Source: an uncultured Phycisphaerales bacterium
GTDB lineage: Bacteria > Planctomycetota > Phycisphaerae > Phycisphaerales > SM1A02
Length of the DNA: 31,386 nucleotides
Direction of reading: 5' to 3'
Assembly (NCBI GenBank): GCA_938084645.1
Contig: CALKEP010000070.1
Span: forward strand, 1-31,386
Numbering within the stretch: position 1 is the first letter of the stretch; each line of letters begins with the position of its first letter. The notes below the pieces were generated by a model. That model saw nothing but the letters and a program-made list of their open reading frames with translations. It had not been told where the DNA came from and made no database searches. Below, piece by piece: positions 9,919 to 19,329 of the stretch. The position numbers were made by a program, and so were the translations under genes.

Positions 9919-10087
9919 GCGCGACCTCCGAGGGTGATTCGACTGGATGATCTCACCGATGCCCGAAACAGGGAGGGACGCCGGATCCCACCGGTGCGCC
10001 CCCGCTCGAAGTCCCGTCCGATTGGATCCCGAGACGACCCCAACCATGCTTTGAGAGTTCGAAAGAGACTCGTGCCATTGGAAATCG

Positions 10088-10097
10088 GGAAATTTCC
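10088..10097. promoter_or_regulatory. GGAAATTTCC palindrome (copy 2) upstream of the lipoprotein gene
   Basis: Reads CGGAAATTTCCCG on the minus strand, identical over 13 nt to copy 1. Confidence 0.55.
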
Positions 10098-10228
10098 GAA
10101 AAGAGTCTAGCAAGTGCAGGACACGTCACCGGCACCTGATCGGAGGTTCGGGGGACTCGGGGATGTCGATGGCGACGCCCTCGGATGCCCCTCGGTCCGG
10201 CTGCGGACGAGCCGAGCGTGGTCGTGGC

Positions 10229-10741
10229 TCATCGAACGTCGGAGGCGACGTCGATCCGCGGTTGGAAGGACGCACCACCCGGCGTGGCCGGCGTGCCGGA
10301 CTCGCAGTAGAGCCGGAGTTGGTCGAGTTCCTTGCGCGTGGCCGCGATGGCGGACCTTCGCATCAGCGGCGTGAGCACCATCAGCAGCAACCACCAGATT
10401 CCCTTGCCTCGAGATCTTGAGTACTGGGTGATCCGGGTTCGACCGTCGGCCAGGGACTCGAGTTCGTAGACGACCTCGAGGTCGAAGGCCGGGCCCCGCA
10501 GCAGGATCGCGGACCGCCTGGGCGGATCGTACTCCACCACCTCGCCCTCGAACTCCATGCGATGCCCCCGATCCTCGGTGACCGTTCGAAACCTGGTGCC
10601 CACGCCACCATCCGGCGCGACGTGGATCGGTTCATCCTCGACGACGATGGAACTCCAGACGGCGACGTGGTCCGTGGCGAGAACGAAGACGTCTTCGATG
10701 GGACGTTGGATGTCCACGCTGACGCCGCTCCTCACGAGCAT
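10229..10741 (-). CDS. SRPBCC (polyketide cyclase/START-like) family protein
   Basis: Start moved to MLVRSGVSVDIQRPIEDVF; GVGTRF, EVVEYDPPRR, GRTRIT and a C-terminal helix ELDQLRLYCE. Confidence 0.85.
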   Translation of the reverse strand: MLVRSGVSVDIQRPIEDVFVLATDHVAVWSSIVVEDEPIHVAPDGGVGTRFRTVTEDRGHRMEFEGEVVEYDPPRRSAILLRGPAFDLEVVYELESLADGRTRITQYSRSRGKGIWWLLLMVLTPLMRRSAIAATRKELDQLRLYCESGTPATPGGASFQPRIDVASDVR

Positions 10742-10811
10742 CCGCCCGATCGAAGGGAGACGTCGCACCTCGGGGTTCGGCGCTCTGGAAGGCGGATCGC
10801 TCCGACCGGCG

Positions 10812-13763
10812 TCACGGGCAGGGACCCCAGGCCGACAGGACGCCGGCGAGGTCTGCGCCATCCACCAGACCGTCCCCGTCGAGATCGCCAAGGAGATCCG
10901 GGCCCTTCGATCCGAAGTCCGCGAGCACGAGCGCCAGATCTCCGCCGGCGACCAGACCGTCCTCATCGAGGTCGCCGAAGCAGCTCGCCGAATCGTCCTG
11001 GGTCTCGTAGCACCCCATGTCGATGGCGACCCCGATGATCCTCTGATTTCCATCGAGGTCGGTGGTGCCGGGCGTCGACGCGAAGTCATCGCCGGTGTCG
11101 ATGCACGGCGACCCCTTCGCGAGACGGAAGTCGTCCGTCTCGACGGAGACGAACTGCGGGTCGAAGGCGATGTTCTCCTCTCCGGCGTATCCCCCCTCGA
11201 CGCAGGTGAAGGAGACGTCCGCCAGACCGGAGTCCGTGAGGTGGATCTGGCCGTCGCCGTCGCTCGCCTCGTTGCCCCAGACGATGCAGTTGACGATCTC
11301 GACCGGACCGTTGGAGACCTCGATGAAGACCCCGCCTCCGCGGCCCTCGAACGGCCCGGCGACGTTTCCATACACCGTGTTGTTGATCAGCGTGCCGCCG
11401 GTCCGGACGTAGATGCCGGCACCGTCCCGACCGGTGTTGCCGACCACGAGGTTCCCCTCGATCAACGCACTGTCCGCGAAGGCGAGGTAGATCCCGCCGC
11501 CCTCGCCATTCTGGGTGGTGAAACCGTTCGCCGCGATCACGTTGTTTCGAATCACGGTGCGGACCTCGTCGTCGTAGTCGTCGACGATCGACACGCCCGC
11601 CCCCTGATCGGCGGAGGAGATGTTCCCTCGAATGAGGTTCCCTTCGATCAGGACGGGCGAGCCGTACGCGAGGACGCCCCCGGCGAACGAACCGCTCGTG
11701 TTGTCCACGATCTCGCAGTTCCGGATCGTGGCGTATCCGGGAGACTGGGTGGTGATGCGGATCGCCGCGCCTCCGCCGGATCCGTCGTTGTTCCTGACGA
11801 TGCAGGATTCGATCACCGGACTCGAGACCCCGTTGATCAGGATCGCGGTACCGTCGACCCCGGACACGGCGTCCTCGATGATGCAGTTGATCACCAACGG
11901 CGAGGCGTCGTCGATCAGGATTCCGGTCTCCCCCGACCGACGGATCGTGAAGCCGTCCACCACGGTCGTCCCGCCGGCGCTTCCCTGGATCCAGAAGGCG
12001 GTGGTGTTCGAGAAGCCGAGATCGATGATGGTCGCGGCCGGACCATCGCTGCTTCGAATCACGAGATCCTTGCCGAAGTTGTCGACTCGCTCGGTCCAGG
12101 TGCCCGGTCCCACCACGATCTCGGACCCGCTGGCCACGATCGCCGCCGCCTGCGCAATCGAGTCGAAATCGCCGGGTACCAGGAAGATTCCCGGAATTCC
12201 GCATTCATCCGGAACGCCGTCGCCGTCGACGTCGACGGACGTTCCGTTCCCGATGTCACAGACGTCGTCGACATCGTTGCGATTGCAGTCGGTGAAGGGG
12301 ATGGCTGATTCGTCGTCGACCGCACGCACCACCCAGTTTCCCGCGATGAACATCTCGATGAGATTCAACTCGACGACCTCCTCCATCAGGTCGTCCGGAT
12401 CGATGGGCCCGTTCCGACCGATGATCCAGCTCCGGCCGAAGGTGTGCGGCGCATCGATGTCGAGGGTGGCCGGGAACTCGTCGATCGAACTCGCGATCAC
12501 GCCGACGAAGAACGGCGTGCCCGGCGGGCCGATGGTGACCGCCCGCGGAAAATCGAAGGTCAGCAGCGCCACCTCGTCGACCACCAGATCCTCGATTCCC
12601 GCGATGACGGTCGAGTCGTCCGGGATGCCGTTGCCGTCGGGATCGGTCCAGAGGTAGAGCCCGAAGGGATCACCGATCTGACTGGCCGGCATGAGGACCT
12701 CGATGCCGGTGACCGACTCGTGGCCCTCCTCGACGAACATGAGGTTCATCCACGCGGTGTGCGTCCCGTCGGAGTCGACCAGCCCCTCGCTCTCGCCGTC
12801 ATCGAGCACGTAGCGGAACGCATCGATCTGACAGGTGTCGATCGTGCCGTCGAGATTGCAGTCGAGATCCGGTCGATCGGCCAGTTCGCACGAGTCGAGC
12901 ACGGCATTGCGATTGCAGTCGACCGCGGGGTCGATGGTGATGTCGAGTTCGTCGGCGACTCCATTCCCGTCGCAATCGGTCGCGGCGCCGGTGAGCAGGC
13001 GGGATTCCTCGAGGAAGATCCGGGAGATTCGGACCTCGTCGATCACGCCGCGAAGGAACTGGCTGTAGTCGTTGCTCGCATTGCGTCGACCGCCGATCTC
13101 GAGCGGTCCACCCTCCTGGTACTGGGGATAGTTCTGCTTGACGAGCGGCACCTCCTCGTACGCCTCGTCGACTCCGAATCGGAGCATCTGCCGCGATGCG
13201 TCGTACGCGACGCTCACATGATGCCAGTCGAGATCGTTCACCTCGAGACCGCTCACGATCGTCGTCACCGTCGCCCCGTCTCCGCAGCGAAAGACGAGTT
13301 CGTTTCCGCTTGATCCGAAATCGCCGGCCTGCACCAGGAACCCGTAGTCCATCTCGACGTCCGGAGCGCTCAGACGCTTCTTGAAGCAAAGGTGCTGGCG
13401 CTGGTTCGCCCCCCCGTTCGTGCTCGTCTGCGCGAGCCGGATCCACGCTTCGATCGTGAAGTCGGAGGCACCCATGCGGAGGTTCTCGGCGTCGTCGGCG
13501 ACGCGGACGACACCCGCGGTCGAGGCGTTCTGCCACTGGGTCGCGAAGGCTCCGATGTTGTTGAGTTGCAGGAGCGGGACCTCGGCGACGGCGACGTCGC
13601 TGACGATCGTTCCGAAGCCGTTGTGGAGTCCATCGAGTTGATTCGGGCCCGCATCGATCGCGGTCAACCCGTTGAAGGTCTCGAACCGCCAGTAGCCGGC
13701 GGTCTGGGCGGACGCCAGCGAGCTCAGCAACAAGGATCCGAGGATTGCGGCCAGCAGCTTCAT
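10812..13763 (-). CDS. Secreted LamG protein with Cys/Asp repeats, one uncharacterised domain, a right-handed parallel beta-helix and a C-terminal dockerin-like domain
   Basis: Start moved to MKLLAAILGS (GGAGA upstream). LamG motifs GYWRFE/FTIEAWI/WHHV/IDEVRI; 5 DCxxNG repeats; VPGDFDSIAQA...GPGTW beta-helix cap, GGGIY repeats, DFRLAKGSPCIDTG...DMGCYE; tail ends WGPCP. Confidence 0.85.
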   Translation of the reverse strand: MKLLAAILGSLLLSSLASAQTAGYWRFETFNGLTAIDAGPNQLDGLHNGFGTIVSDVAVAEVPLLQLNNIGAFATQWQNASTAGVVRVADDAENLRMGASDFTIEAWIRLAQTSTNGGANQRQHLCFKKRLSAPDVEMDYGFLVQAGDFGSSGNELVFRCGDGATVTTIVSGLEVNDLDWHHVSVAYDASRQMLRFGVDEAYEEVPLVKQNYPQYQEGGPLEIGGRRNASNDYSQFLRGVIDEVRISRIFLEESRLLTGAATDCDGNGVADELDITIDPAVDCNRNAVLDSCELADRPDLDCNLDGTIDTCQIDAFRYVLDDGESEGLVDSDGTHTAWMNLMFVEEGHESVTGIEVLMPASQIGDPFGLYLWTDPDGNGIPDDSTVIAGIEDLVVDEVALLTFDFPRAVTIGPPGTPFFVGVIASSIDEFPATLDIDAPHTFGRSWIIGRNGPIDPDDLMEEVVELNLIEMFIAGNWVVRAVDDESAIPFTDCNRNDVDDVCDIGNGTSVDVDGDGVPDECGIPGIFLVPGDFDSIAQAAAIVASGSEIVVGPGTWTERVDNFGKDLVIRSSDGPAATIIDLGFSNTTAFWIQGSAGGTTVVDGFTIRRSGETGILIDDASPLVINCIIEDAVSGVDGTAILINGVSSPVIESCIVRNNDGSGGGAAIRITTQSPGYATIRNCEIVDNTSGSFAGGVLAYGSPVLIEGNLIRGNISSADQGAGVSIVDDYDDEVRTVIRNNVIAANGFTTQNGEGGGIYLAFADSALIEGNLVVGNTGRDGAGIYVRTGGTLINNTVYGNVAGPFEGRGGGVFIEVSNGPVEIVNCIVWGNEASDGDGQIHLTDSGLADVSFTCVEGGYAGEENIAFDPQFVSVETDDFRLAKGSPCIDTGDDFASTPGTTDLDGNQRIIGVAIDMGCYETQDDSASCFGDLDEDGLVAGGDLALVLADFGSKGPDLLGDLDGDGLVDGADLAGVLSAWGPCP

Positions 13764-13839
13764 GAGTGCGTCTCCAGGTTGACTCCGCGATGCGGCTCGT
13801 CCGCTCATCGATTTTCCCACAGGATGATTCGATCGCCAA

Positions 13840-13849
13840 GGAAATTTCC
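13840..13849. promoter_or_regulatory. GGAAATTTCC palindrome (copy 3) upstream of the second LamG gene
   Basis: Reads CGGAAATTTCC on the minus strand, 76 nt before the start at 13763. Confidence 0.55.
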
Positions 13850-14107
13850 GCCTCGTCGCACGGACGTTCGTGACGCCCCTGCGGGCCCGCGAATCGGACA
13901 TGCTTTTCCGGACGTCCCGGATCCGCCCGCGAAGTTCAGGCGTGCCACATCAACTGCCGACCGTGACGAAAGCCGTGATCGGGCACGGCGTCGACCCCGA
14001 TTCCGGCGATCATGCCGCGATACGAGGCGGACGCCGCGGATAAACGATGGTTGTTCGTCGGCCCGAGGTCGAACCCCTCCGATTCCGTGTCCGAACCCGA
14101 CGGCACC

Positions 14108-14141
14108 AATTCTTGACTCGATCCAGAATTCGGGCTACAAC
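14108..14141 (+). promoter_or_regulatory. furA promoter with overlapping FurA-type operator
   Basis: -35 TTGACT (14113-14118), 17 nt, -10 TACAAC (14136-14141), 7 nt to the ATG. Inverted repeat AATTCTtGA-ctcga-TCcAGAATT covers the -35. Confidence 0.75.
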
Positions 14142-14148
14142 CTCCCGC

Positions 14149-14568
14149 ATGCCTTCGGACTCCAAGGAGCTTCTTCGCCATCATGGCCTCCAGGTGACCA
14201 CCCAACGCGTGGCGATCCTCGAGGCCGTCGAGGCCGACCCGCACTGCACCGCCGATGCGGTCGAGACCGCGGCGACCGAACGACTCGGTTCAATCTCGCA
14301 TCAGGCCGTCTACGACGGACTGGCCGCACTGGTGGATGGCGGCCTCCTCCGGCGAATCCAACCCTCCGGTTCCCCCGCCCGTTTCGAGATGCAGACCGGC
14401 GACAACCACCATCACCTCGTCTGCCGTTCCTGTGGTCGCATGGTCGATGCCGATTGCGCGACCGGGCACGCACCCTGCCTCGAACCGGCGGACGCCGCCG
14501 GCTACGAGGTGGACGAAGCCGAAGTCGTCTTCTGGGGACAATGCCCCGACTGCCGCGTCTCCACTTGA
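14149..14568 (+). CDS. furA: Fur-family peroxide-responsive regulator, FurA type
   Basis: VTTQRVAIL, QAVYD, RRIQPSGSPARFE, GDNHHHLVCRSC, DCATGHAPCL, DEAEVVFWGQCPDC; lies directly upstream of katG. Confidence 0.92.
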   Translation: MPSDSKELLRHHGLQVTTQRVAILEAVEADPHCTADAVETAATERLGSISHQAVYDGLAALVDGGLLRRIQPSGSPARFEMQTGDNHHHLVCRSCGRMVDADCATGHAPCLEPADAAGYEVDEAEVVFWGQCPDCRVST

Positions 14569-14652
14569 ATGCATCCACGTCCTCGCAACGATTCGATTCC
14601 CCAGCCATTCACGCCACGTCACACCAAATCCGATCTCTCCCGAAGGAAGACC

Positions 14653-16842
14653 ATGTCCGAGACCACGACGAACTGCCCATTCCTCGCCACCACCAGTGCG
14701 ACCCAGGGTCGCCGCACGAATCGCGACTGGTGGCCCAACCAGCTTGATCTCTCGATCCTCCATCAGCACTCCGAGAAGTCGGACCCGATGGATCCGGACT
14801 TCGATTACGCCGCGGCCTTCGCGACGCTCGATCTCGAGGCGGTGAAGAAGGATCTCGTGACGCTGATGACCGATTCGAAGCCGTGGTGGCCGGCCGACTA
14901 CGGTCACTACGGACCGTTCTTCGTCCGCATGGCCTGGCACGCCGCCGGCACCTACCGCATCCACGACGGCCGCGGTGGTGCGGGCTCCGGCGACCAGCGA
15001 TTCGCCCCGCTCAACAGCTGGCCGGACAACGTGAACCTCGACAAGGCGAGACGCCTGCTCTGGCCGATCAAGCGGAAGTACGGCCGTGCCCTCTCCTGGG
15101 CCGACCTCTTCGTGCTGACCGGAAACACGGCCATCGAATCGATGGGCCTGAAGTCGTTCGGCTTCGGCGGTGGCCGCGCCGACGTCTGGGAACCGGATGC
15201 CGACATCGACTGGGGCCCGGAGGCCGAATGGCTCGGTGACGAGCGCTACTCCGGCGACCGCGTGCTGACCAGTCCGCTCGGCGCCGTGCAGATGGGCCTC
15301 ATCTACGTCAACCCCGAAGGCCCGAACGGCAATCCCGACCCGATGGCCTCGGCCCGCGACATCCGCGAGACCTTCGCCCGCATGGCGATGAACGACGAAG
15401 AGACCGTCGCCCTCGTCGCCGGCGGACACACCTTCGGCAAGGCCCATGGCGCCGCCCCCGACTCCGAGTACCTGGCCCGCGAGCCCGAGGGTGCGCCCAT
15501 CGAGCAGATGGGCCTCGGCTGGAAGAACTCCTTCGGCACCGGGGTCGGCGACGACACGATCTCCTCCGGCCTCGAGGGCGCCTGGACGCCCACGCCCATC
15601 GAGTGGGACAACAGCTACTTCGACACCCTCTTCGGCTACGAATGGGAACTGACCGAGAGTCCCGCGGGCTGCAAGCAGTGGACGCCCACGGATGCGTCCG
15701 CGTCGACCACGGTCCCCGACGCCCACGACGCGACGAAGACCCACGCCCCGATGATGCTCACCACCGACATCGCGCTCCGGACCGATCCGATCTACGAGCC
15801 GATCTCCCGTCGCTTCCACGAGAACCCTCAGGCGTTCGCCGACGCGTTCGCCCGAGCGTGGTTCAAGCTCACCCACCGCGACATGGGACCGCGCGATCGC
15901 TACCTCGGGAACGACGTCCCCGCCGAGGAGCTGATCTGGCAGGATCCCGTTCCCGCGGTCGACCACGACCTCGTCGACGACACCGCCGTCGCCGAACTCA
16001 AGACGGCGCTGCTCGGCTGCGGGCTCTCGCGGGAACGGCTCGTGCTCACCGCCTGGGGCTCCGCCTCCACCTTCCGCGGGACCGACCGCCGTGGTGGCGC
16101 GAACGGCGCCCGCATCCGGCTCTTCCCGCAGAAGGACTGGGACGTCAACGAGCCGGCCGAACTCCATGCGGCCCTGGCCGCGATCGAGAAGGTCCGTGAC
16201 GACTTCAACGCGAAGCAGACCGGCGGCATCCGCATCTCGCTCGCGGACTGCATCGTGCTCGGCGGCTGCGCCGCGGTCGAACAGGCCGCCCGCGAGGCCG
16301 GCGTCGAGACGACGGTCCCCTTCCGTCCGGGCCGCACCGACGCGACCCAGGAGATGACCGACGCCCATTCCTTCGCGGTGCTCGAACCGGCGTCGGACGG
16401 CTTCCGGAACCACGCGAACACCGAGGATCCCCGTCCCGGCGAAGCCCTGCTCGTCGAACGTGCCTGCCTCCTCGGCCTCACCGCCCCCGAGATGACGGTG
16501 CTGGTCGGGGGCATGCGGGCGATGGGCGCGAACACCAACGGCTCCACGCTCGGCGTGCTCACCGATCGCGTCGGGGCCCTGTCCACCGACTTCTTCGTGA
16601 ACATCCTCGACCAGGAGATCGAATGGTCGGTTTCGAAGCGCTGCGAGCACTTCTTCGAGGGCCGCGATCGCACCAGTGGCGAGATGAAGTGGACCGGGAG
16701 CCGAGCCGACCTCGTCTTCGGGTCGAACTCCCAGCTTCGCGCCCTCTCCGAGGTCTACGCGAGCGACGATGCCGCGGAACAGTTCGTCCACGACTTCGTG
16801 GCCGCCTGGGACAAGGTCATGAACCTCGATCGGTTCGCCTGA
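14653..16842 (+). CDS. katG: Catalase-peroxidase
   Basis: Start [10 protein letters not shown] after [66 protein letters not shown]. Confidence 0.98.
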   Translation: MSETTTNCPFLATTSATQGRRTNRDWWPNQLDLSILHQHSEKSDPMDPDFDYAAAFATLDLEAVKKDLVTLMTDSKPWWPADYGHYGPFFVRMAWHAAGTYRIHDGRGGAGSGDQRFAPLNSWPDNVNLDKARRLLWPIKRKYGRALSWADLFVLTGNTAIESMGLKSFGFGGGRADVWEPDADIDWGPEAEWLGDERYSGDRVLTSPLGAVQMGLIYVNPEGPNGNPDPMASARDIRETFARMAMNDEETVALVAGGHTFGKAHGAAPDSEYLAREPEGAPIEQMGLGWKNSFGTGVGDDTISSGLEGAWTPTPIEWDNSYFDTLFGYEWELTESPAGCKQWTPTDASASTTVPDAHDATKTHAPMMLTTDIALRTDPIYEPISRRFHENPQAFADAFARAWFKLTHRDMGPRDRYLGNDVPAEELIWQDPVPAVDHDLVDDTAVAELKTALLGCGLSRERLVLTAWGSASTFRGTDRRGGANGARIRLFPQKDWDVNEPAELHAALAAIEKVRDDFNAKQTGGIRISLADCIVLGGCAAVEQAAREAGVETTVPFRPGRTDATQEMTDAHSFAVLEPASDGFRNHANTEDPRPGEALLVERACLLGLTAPEMTVLVGGMRAMGANTNGSTLGVLTDRVGALSTDFFVNILDQEIEWSVSKRCEHFFEGRDRTSGEMKWTGSRADLVFGSNSQLRALSEVYASDDAAEQFVHDFVAAWDKVMNLDRFA

Positions 16843-16879
16843 TCGTCATGCCGAACACCACTCGATCCCGAACATGATC

Positions 16880-16915
16880 GCCGCCCCGTGGTTCGCACCG
16901 CGGGGCGGTTTTCTT
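16880..16915 (+). terminator. Rho-independent terminator of furA-katG
   Basis: CCGCCCCGTGGT-TCGC-ACCGCGGGGCGG followed by TTTTCTT. Confidence 0.85.
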
Positions 16916-16951
16916 CATCGGCATCGACGCGCCCGAGACGTTTGACGATCC

Positions 16952-17665
16952 TCAACACCGGGCGCACGCATCGGAATCGGAGTCACCGCCCCGACAACAG
17001 GCGTCGAGCCAGGAGACCTGGTCGCCGACCGCCTCCGCTTCCGCGGGATCGTGCGTCACCATCACCGTCGCCACCGCCGCGTCCCGGAGCATCCTCACGG
17101 TCTCCGCCCGGACCTCGATCCGCGTCTCGGTGTCGAGACTGCTGAAGGACTCGTCGAGCAGCATCACCCGTGGCTGTCGCACCAGGGCCCGCGCGATCGC
17201 GACCCGCTGCTGCTGACCACCGCTGAGCGTGTGCGGCATCCGGGACGCGTACTCGAGCATCCCCACGCGATCGAGATGTTCCTCCGCACGAGCGGCACGG
17301 TCCCTGCGTGGCAGCCCTCGGGTGCCGAACAGGACGTTCTCGCGGACCGATCGATTCGGGAACAAGGCGAAGTCCTGAAAGACCATCCCGACCGATCTTC
17401 GTTCCGGGGGCAGGTGAACGCCCGGCCCCTCGATCAACGAATCGTCGACGTGGATGGTCCCCGACCTCGCACGCTCGAGGCCCGCGATCAATCGCAGCAG
17501 CGTCGTCTTGCCACCACCCGAGCAACCGAGCAGGCAGTGCACCTCGCCGCTTCGCACCGTGAGATGACACCCTTCGATGACCGGGGCGCCACCGCCGTAG
17601 GCGAATTCGAGATCCCGGATCTCCAGCACCGAAGGCGGATCGTATTGCGGCAGGCTCGTGGTCAT
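16952..17665 (-). CDS. fbpC: Fe3+ ABC transporter ATP-binding subunit (short, no C-terminal TOBE region)
   Basis: Start MTTSLPQ overlaps the permease stop (ATGA). Walker A GCSGGGKT, VFQDFALFP, LSGGQQQR, Walker B VMLLDE, VTHD. Confidence 0.88.
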   Translation of the reverse strand: MTTSLPQYDPPSVLEIRDLEFAYGGGAPVIEGCHLTVRSGEVHCLLGCSGGGKTTLLRLIAGLERARSGTIHVDDSLIEGPGVHLPPERRSVGMVFQDFALFPNRSVRENVLFGTRGLPRRDRAARAEEHLDRVGMLEYASRMPHTLSGGQQQRVAIARALVRQPRVMLLDESFSSLDTETRIEVRAETVRMLRDAAVATVMVTHDPAEAEAVGDQVSWLDACCRGGDSDSDACARC

Positions 17666-19329
17666 CCGTCGGTGTTCCGGTGGGAGTCGTCGTTGGATTC
17701 CAACTGGCCGACGAGCAGCCAGGCCGGAATCAGTCCGATGATCACGATCAGGATCGCCGCGGTGGCGGCCTCCTCGAGCCGCTCGTCGGAGGCGAGCTCG
17801 TAGACCCGGATCGCGAGGGTATCGAAGTTGAACGGCCGAAGCATCAGGGTCATGGGCAGTTCCTTCGCCACGTCCACGAACACCACGAGGCCCGCGATCA
17901 GCAGACTGCGTCGCAGAAGCGGAAGGTGGACCGCGACGAGGCTCCGACCCGGTCCCGAACCGAGGGTCCGCGCCGCGTCGTCGATGTTGCGATGGATCCG
18001 CTGGAATCCCGACTGCACGAACGACAGGCTCACCGCCAGGAACCGGGTCTGGTAGCCGATCAGCATCGCCACCACGGATCCGGTGAGCACGAGCCCGGGT
18101 CTCCATCCGTCCCCGAAGGCGATCGTCCAGCCGTCGTTGATTCGATGGTCGATCCACCCGAGCGGGACCAGCAGCCCCAGCGCGATCACCGGGCCGGGAA
18201 TCGCGTAGCCCGCTCGCGCGATGGTCGCCGGCCCCGCGGTACGAAGTCCACGGCGAAGCCGGGCGGCGTAGCCGATGACCACGGCGAGCAGGACCGCGAT
18301 CACCGACGCCACGATCGCCAGCCAGATCGTGTCGAACGCGATGCCGGCGAGCACGCTTCCACCTCGCGCATCACCTCCATCGATCGCCAGCTGCAGGAGT
18401 CGCCCCGTCGGCGCCACGAACCCGAGCAGCACCGGAAGAATGCAGGCGGCGAAGGCGAGGACCGAGGCGACCGGTCCGAGCCGACCGCTCGATGTCCGGT
18501 TGCCGCGGTTGCCGGTGCGGTGATAGCGACGACGACGACGGAGGCACCATTCGAGGCCCACCAGCAGGAACAGCGCGGAGAGCAGCATGGCCGACAACTG
18601 TGACGCGGCGATCGGCGACTCGAGCGCGAAGCGGGTCCGGTAGATCCCCGTCGCGAAGGTGTCGACCGCGAGGTGATCGACGGCACCGAAATCGGCGACC
18701 GTCTCCATCATCACCAACATCACCCCTCCGGCGATCGCGGGTCGCGCCAGCGGCAGGGCCACGAACCAGAACGTCGCGAACGGCCCGCGACCGAGCAGCC
18801 GTCCCGCTTCAAGCAACGACCGCGACTGCTCCTGGAACGCCATCCGGGCCGCGAAGTAGACGTAGGGATACAGCGCGAAGGAAAGGACGTAGACGGCCCC
18901 TCCCAGCGATCGAATCTGCGGGAACCAGTAGTCGCCGGCCTGCAGACCGAACGACGCGCGAAGCCAACCCTGCACCGGCCCGCTGAACTGGAGCAGATCG
19001 GCCATCGCATACGCGGAGAGGTACGCGGGGACCGAAAGCGGAAGCAACTGGGCCCACCCCAGGACCCTCGCCCCGGGAAAATTCCAGTTGGTCAGGATCC
19101 ACGCGGTCGCGACGCCGACGATCCCGGCGACGAGACAGACTCCGGTGGCGAGCAGCGCGGTGTTCGACGCGTAGGTCGGAAGCAGGGTCTCCGCCAGATG
19201 ATTCCATTCCCCGTCCGAGGAGCGGAACACGCTGGAGAAGATCACGAGCACCGGAACCGCCACCACGAGGCAGGCGAGCACCGAAGCGATCACCCATCCA
19301 CGACCGCCATGCGCCGTTCGAAGATTCAT
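17662..19329 (-). CDS. fbpB: Fe3+ ABC transporter permease (FbpB/FutB type)
   Basis: Two internal permease repeats with EAA-like loops (LLEAGRLLG, IDDAARTLG); YPYVY, LPLARPAI, KELPMTLMLRPFNFDTLA. Confidence 0.93.
   Translation of the reverse strand: MNLRTAHGGRGWVIASVLACLVVAVPVLVIFSSVFRSSDGEWNHLAETLLPTYASNTALLATGVCLVAGIVGVATAWILTNWNFPGARVLGWAQLLPLSVPAYLSAYAMADLLQFSGPVQGWLRASFGLQAGDYWFPQIRSLGGAVYVLSFALYPYVYFAARMAFQEQSRSLLEAGRLLGRGPFATFWFVALPLARPAIAGGVMLVMMETVADFGAVDHLAVDTFATGIYRTRFALESPIAASQLSAMLLSALFLLVGLEWCLRRRRRYHRTGNRGNRTSSGRLGPVASVLAFAACILPVLLGFVAPTGRLLQLAIDGGDARGGSVLAGIAFDTIWLAIVASVIAVLLAVVIGYAARLRRGLRTAGPATIARAGYAIPGPVIALGLLVPLGWIDHRINDGWTIAFGDGWRPGLVLTGSVVAMLIGYQTRFLAVSLSFVQSGFQRIHRNIDDAARTLGSGPGRSLVAVHLPLLRRSLLIAGLVVFVDVAKELPMTLMLRPFNFDTLAIRVYELASDERLEEAATAAILIVIIGLIPAWLLVGQLESNDDSHRNTDG

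Noticed and set aside
10050..10075. GAGTTC-GAAA-GAGACTC hairpin resembling part of a c-di-GMP-I riboswitch
   Set aside because: It is on the wrong strand for the downstream gene and lacks the GGCAAAC and second-stem elements.
10229..10741. SRPBCC gene as a cyclase of the FAAL cluster
   Set aside because: It is 10 kb away with unrelated operons in between, and the family is common with diverse functions.
14149..14568. Local FurA as the regulator of the iron transporter
   Set aside because: It is the peroxide-sensing FurA type with its own distinct operator. The futA box resembles a classical Fur site, likely bound by a Fur encoded elsewhere.
19076..19085. GGAAAATTCC near-match to the intergenic palindrome
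   Set aside because: It has one mismatch and lies inside the permease coding sequence (W-N-F-P codons).
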